This document shows positions 54,830 to 64,000 of a DNA stretch of 64,000 bases, in pieces (position 1 is the stretch's first letter; every line of letters begins with the position of its first letter). Under the pieces are notes generated by a model. The model saw nothing but the letters and a program-made list of their open reading frames with translations. It was not told the DNA's origin and did no database searches. Source of the DNA: Macrostomum lignano (taxonomy: Eukaryota); NCBI GenBank assembly GCA_002269645.1, contig NIVC01000361.1, forward strand, positions 135,388-199,387, given 5' to 3'. The translations under genes were made by a program, and so were the position numbers.

Positions 54830-56750
54830 GCTGATGCTCGACACCGCTGACTCTGGCTCAGGCTCAAGAATTGGATGCTGAGGAGAATCTGCTGGTGACA
54901 AAATCTGCTAGCTAGGAGGTCCTCCAGAATCCAGATTGCCAAGAGACCAACGACGGTCAAGCGCTGCTTCCAGGACCTGTCGCAGCCAGCATGTAGCGGC
55001 GAAGTGTCCTTTTGCCTACAAGAAGTACTGCAACTGTTCTAAGCTAGGCCACGCAGCTGCTGCCTGCAAGTCGCCAACAGCGGCTAGTTGTTGCGCAAAT
55101 CCCTCGGTGCGACAGTTGAGGGTTGAGAGGTAGCCAACTCACTGCATGTCATTGCTAAACGGAGAGGATAGATTCCGCAATCAAGACCACGGTCTACATC
55201 AAAGGCGCGCTCGTTTGCATGGAGATTGACACCAGTGCGTCCATCTCGCTTACATCATCAGACACCTTTCGATCAGTTTTTCGGGGTTTGCCTAAACTTT
55301 AGCCTGCCAACGCACAGCTTCGCGCGTACTCTGGGGAGCTGGTCCTTGCTCGGCAGAGTCACCGTTCGGGTGCTAGCGGCAGGAGGCTGATCGATTGGGA
55401 CTGACAACAAGCAGATGCGAAAGGACAGCGAGAACCCAGGATCCTTGGCCTGATCAACCGGCTCGGCAAGTTACAATGGACCGTCCGTGCAGCTGCATAG
55501 GAGGGCCCATACCAGGCCTCAATTTTTCATAGCACGCAGCGTTCCATTCGCACTCAAGGCCAGAGCGGAGACGCAGCTCGACAAGAAAATTAATCAAGGT
55601 GTGTTCGAGCAAGTCAAAAGCTCGGACTAAGCTTTACCGTTTGTGCTGGTTCTCAAGTCGGATGGTTCGATTCGCATCTAATGCCGAGCAGTCGGTCAAT
55701 GTTGAGCCGGAAGAAAATCCGTTGCTACGGATAGTTGAGCTTTTGCTAAGCTGGCCCGCGGAAAAAAATTACAAAGCTCAGCTTGTCGCAGGCCTATTCT
55801 CAGTTTCCTCTTGAACATTGCAGTGTCTGCTGCGCTACACCCGCCTGCGGTTCGAAATTTCTCCTGCCATACGGAGAGCCTGCTGCAGTCGATTTCGCAT
55901 ATCGGCTGCTTTATGAACGATCTGATGGTCACCGACGTCAACGACGAGAGTTACCTGCATTCTGCAGAGGTTGGTGCTGCAGAGGTTGCGTCAGAGCAGA
56001 TCGCGCTGGGGCCTGAGCAAGTGCGACTTCATGCAGAACAGCGTTTGCTACCTGGGCGCAAAGATCGACTCCTCCAGTCTGCATCTGCTGCCGGACAATG
56101 TTTGAGCCATCACCCACGTGACGTGACATCACAGGACGTGACGCAGCTCCGCAAGTTCCATAAAATAGTCAACTATTTCGGGAAGTTCATGTCCAACCAA
56201 CCAATCATTGAAGCTGGAGCTGCTGCACCGACTGCACCGCAAGGCGCCAGTCCTCGCACATTTTGACGACAAGAAGCCGTTGCTACTCGATTGCGACGCA
56301 TCATCCTACGTATCGGAGCGGTCCTATAGTCATTGAGTCGAAGGTATCGACGAGCCGTTCGCTCTTGCTCCACGCTCGTTGCTGAATCGTTGCACGATTC
56401 CAGTTTGGACAAGGAGGCCCTTGCAGTCATGTATGGTGTGAAGCCGTTTAAGTCATACAGCCATCAGTCAACGAGCAACTCACCAGTGCGTAACCCGACT
56501 GCCGGAAGCTGCTGACGCCACCGGCACCGGTTTCGCTGCACCTGTGGCCGTAGCCGGAAGGGCCCTAGTCCCGCCTTTAACTCGATTTTGAGGCTCTATG
56601 GAGGGCGAGAAGCTCCTTGTAGTCCTAGATGGTCATTTCAAGTGGATGCGCGTCCAAGTCTTGACGTCGACGACTTCAACTCGACCATCTAGAGACTTCG
56701 GCAGAAGAGCTTTTCAAACGTGGGCTGTTGCAGCCTGTGAGCCCGGTGAC
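54830..56750 (+). mobile_element. Decayed Ty3/Gypsy gag-pol remnant
   Basis: Motifs in Gypsy order: zinc knuckle (CNCSKLGHAAAAC), protease (MEIDTSAS), RT (FMNDLMVT), VTQLRKF..VNYFGKF, RNase H (LDKEALAVMYGVK), integrase (WP*PEGP*SRL..LLVVLDGHFKW). Many stops and indels. Confidence 0.85.
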
Positions 56751-57312
56751 AACACCATGCCTTGAGAGACGGACATTAATTTATACTTGCGCTTGCTTTT
56801 GATTTGAATATTGTAATTCCCCATGTTTTCTCAGTAAATTATTCCTATTCCATTCAAATGAATCATTGCGCCCGCAGTTCAATGACTACTACATCGAAAA
56901 GTTTTAATGCGTACGCAATACACATGCATGCACTGCGAAACTGTGTCAGAATGATACCTTTAGAGTTTAAAATACAGCACACAGTGGTTTTACTCCAGGT
57001 CTAAAGTGTTGTAGCCCAGCGTATTCTGGGTATAGATTAGATAAACAAAAGCCCAACAGGGCTAACATATAGGTCAGCGCTAGGCTCGAAGGCACTCATT
57101 TTCACGGATTGCGCCATCCGAATGCAATTCGAGAGATAAGTGCTGTGGCTTCCCTTGCAGCAGTGCATAAAATGACGACACTTGCCCATTTACAATTCCG
57201 CTCCATTCAAAAGTATTTTTCACTTATTCATTTTTTCATTCGCAGCCTCACGAGCTAAAACAAGAAGGTAAAACAGACAACGATTTCTTCTTCGAAAGAT
57301 CCGCTGAAGGCA

Positions 57313-63845
<6,533 letters not shown>

Positions 63846-64000
63846 TAATACAGTCAGAACCGGTGCGAATGAACGTGTTTTTGTTAAAGATGCCGAAAAA
63901 CGCAAGCAGAAACCAAACAAACAAATTTCATTTTTTACTGTAATCAACGCATAGGTTATTGACAAATTGGCATGTTTATTTCATTAAAATCTTTTTTAAA

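Overview
This is eukaryotic (animal) genomic DNA with GT-AG spliceosomal introns, short introns and many micro- and minisatellites, SINEs, LINEs and LTR debris. The repeat landscape suggests a free-living flatworm such as Macrostomum, but that is an inference I cannot verify. The first 22 kb holds four genes: an intronless DEG/ENaC channel, a six-exon single-pass membrane protein gene hidden among satellites and missed by the ORF track, a four-exon SLC49A4/DIRC2-like MFS transporter, and a small Cys/Pro-rich protein. From 23.2 to 63.8 kb there is a mirror-arranged array of four long-type ABCC1/MRP1-like transporter genes: A and B on the minus strand, C and D on the plus strand, with B and C head-to-head. 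The most notable structure is the patchwork similarity among these four paralogs. TMD0, NBD1 and NBD2 exons, and even their introns, are nearly identical, while TMD1 and TMD2 diverge. The otherwise near-identical pair A/D differs mainly in short patches that map to helices TM11, TM13, TM14 and TM17, of which TM11, TM14 and TM17 carry known substrate-specificity residues in human MRP1. One recombination breakpoint is visible at base resolution. Mobile elements include a 2.2-kb putative solo LTR with a 4-bp TSD, a TA-flanked Tc1-like deletion derivative, two CORE-type SINEs, MITEs, RTE and Gypsy remnants, and a 160-bp foldback-plus-tandem repeat. Several 1-2 nt frameshifts in short base runs may be assembly errors. 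All comparisons were made by eye; no searches were run.
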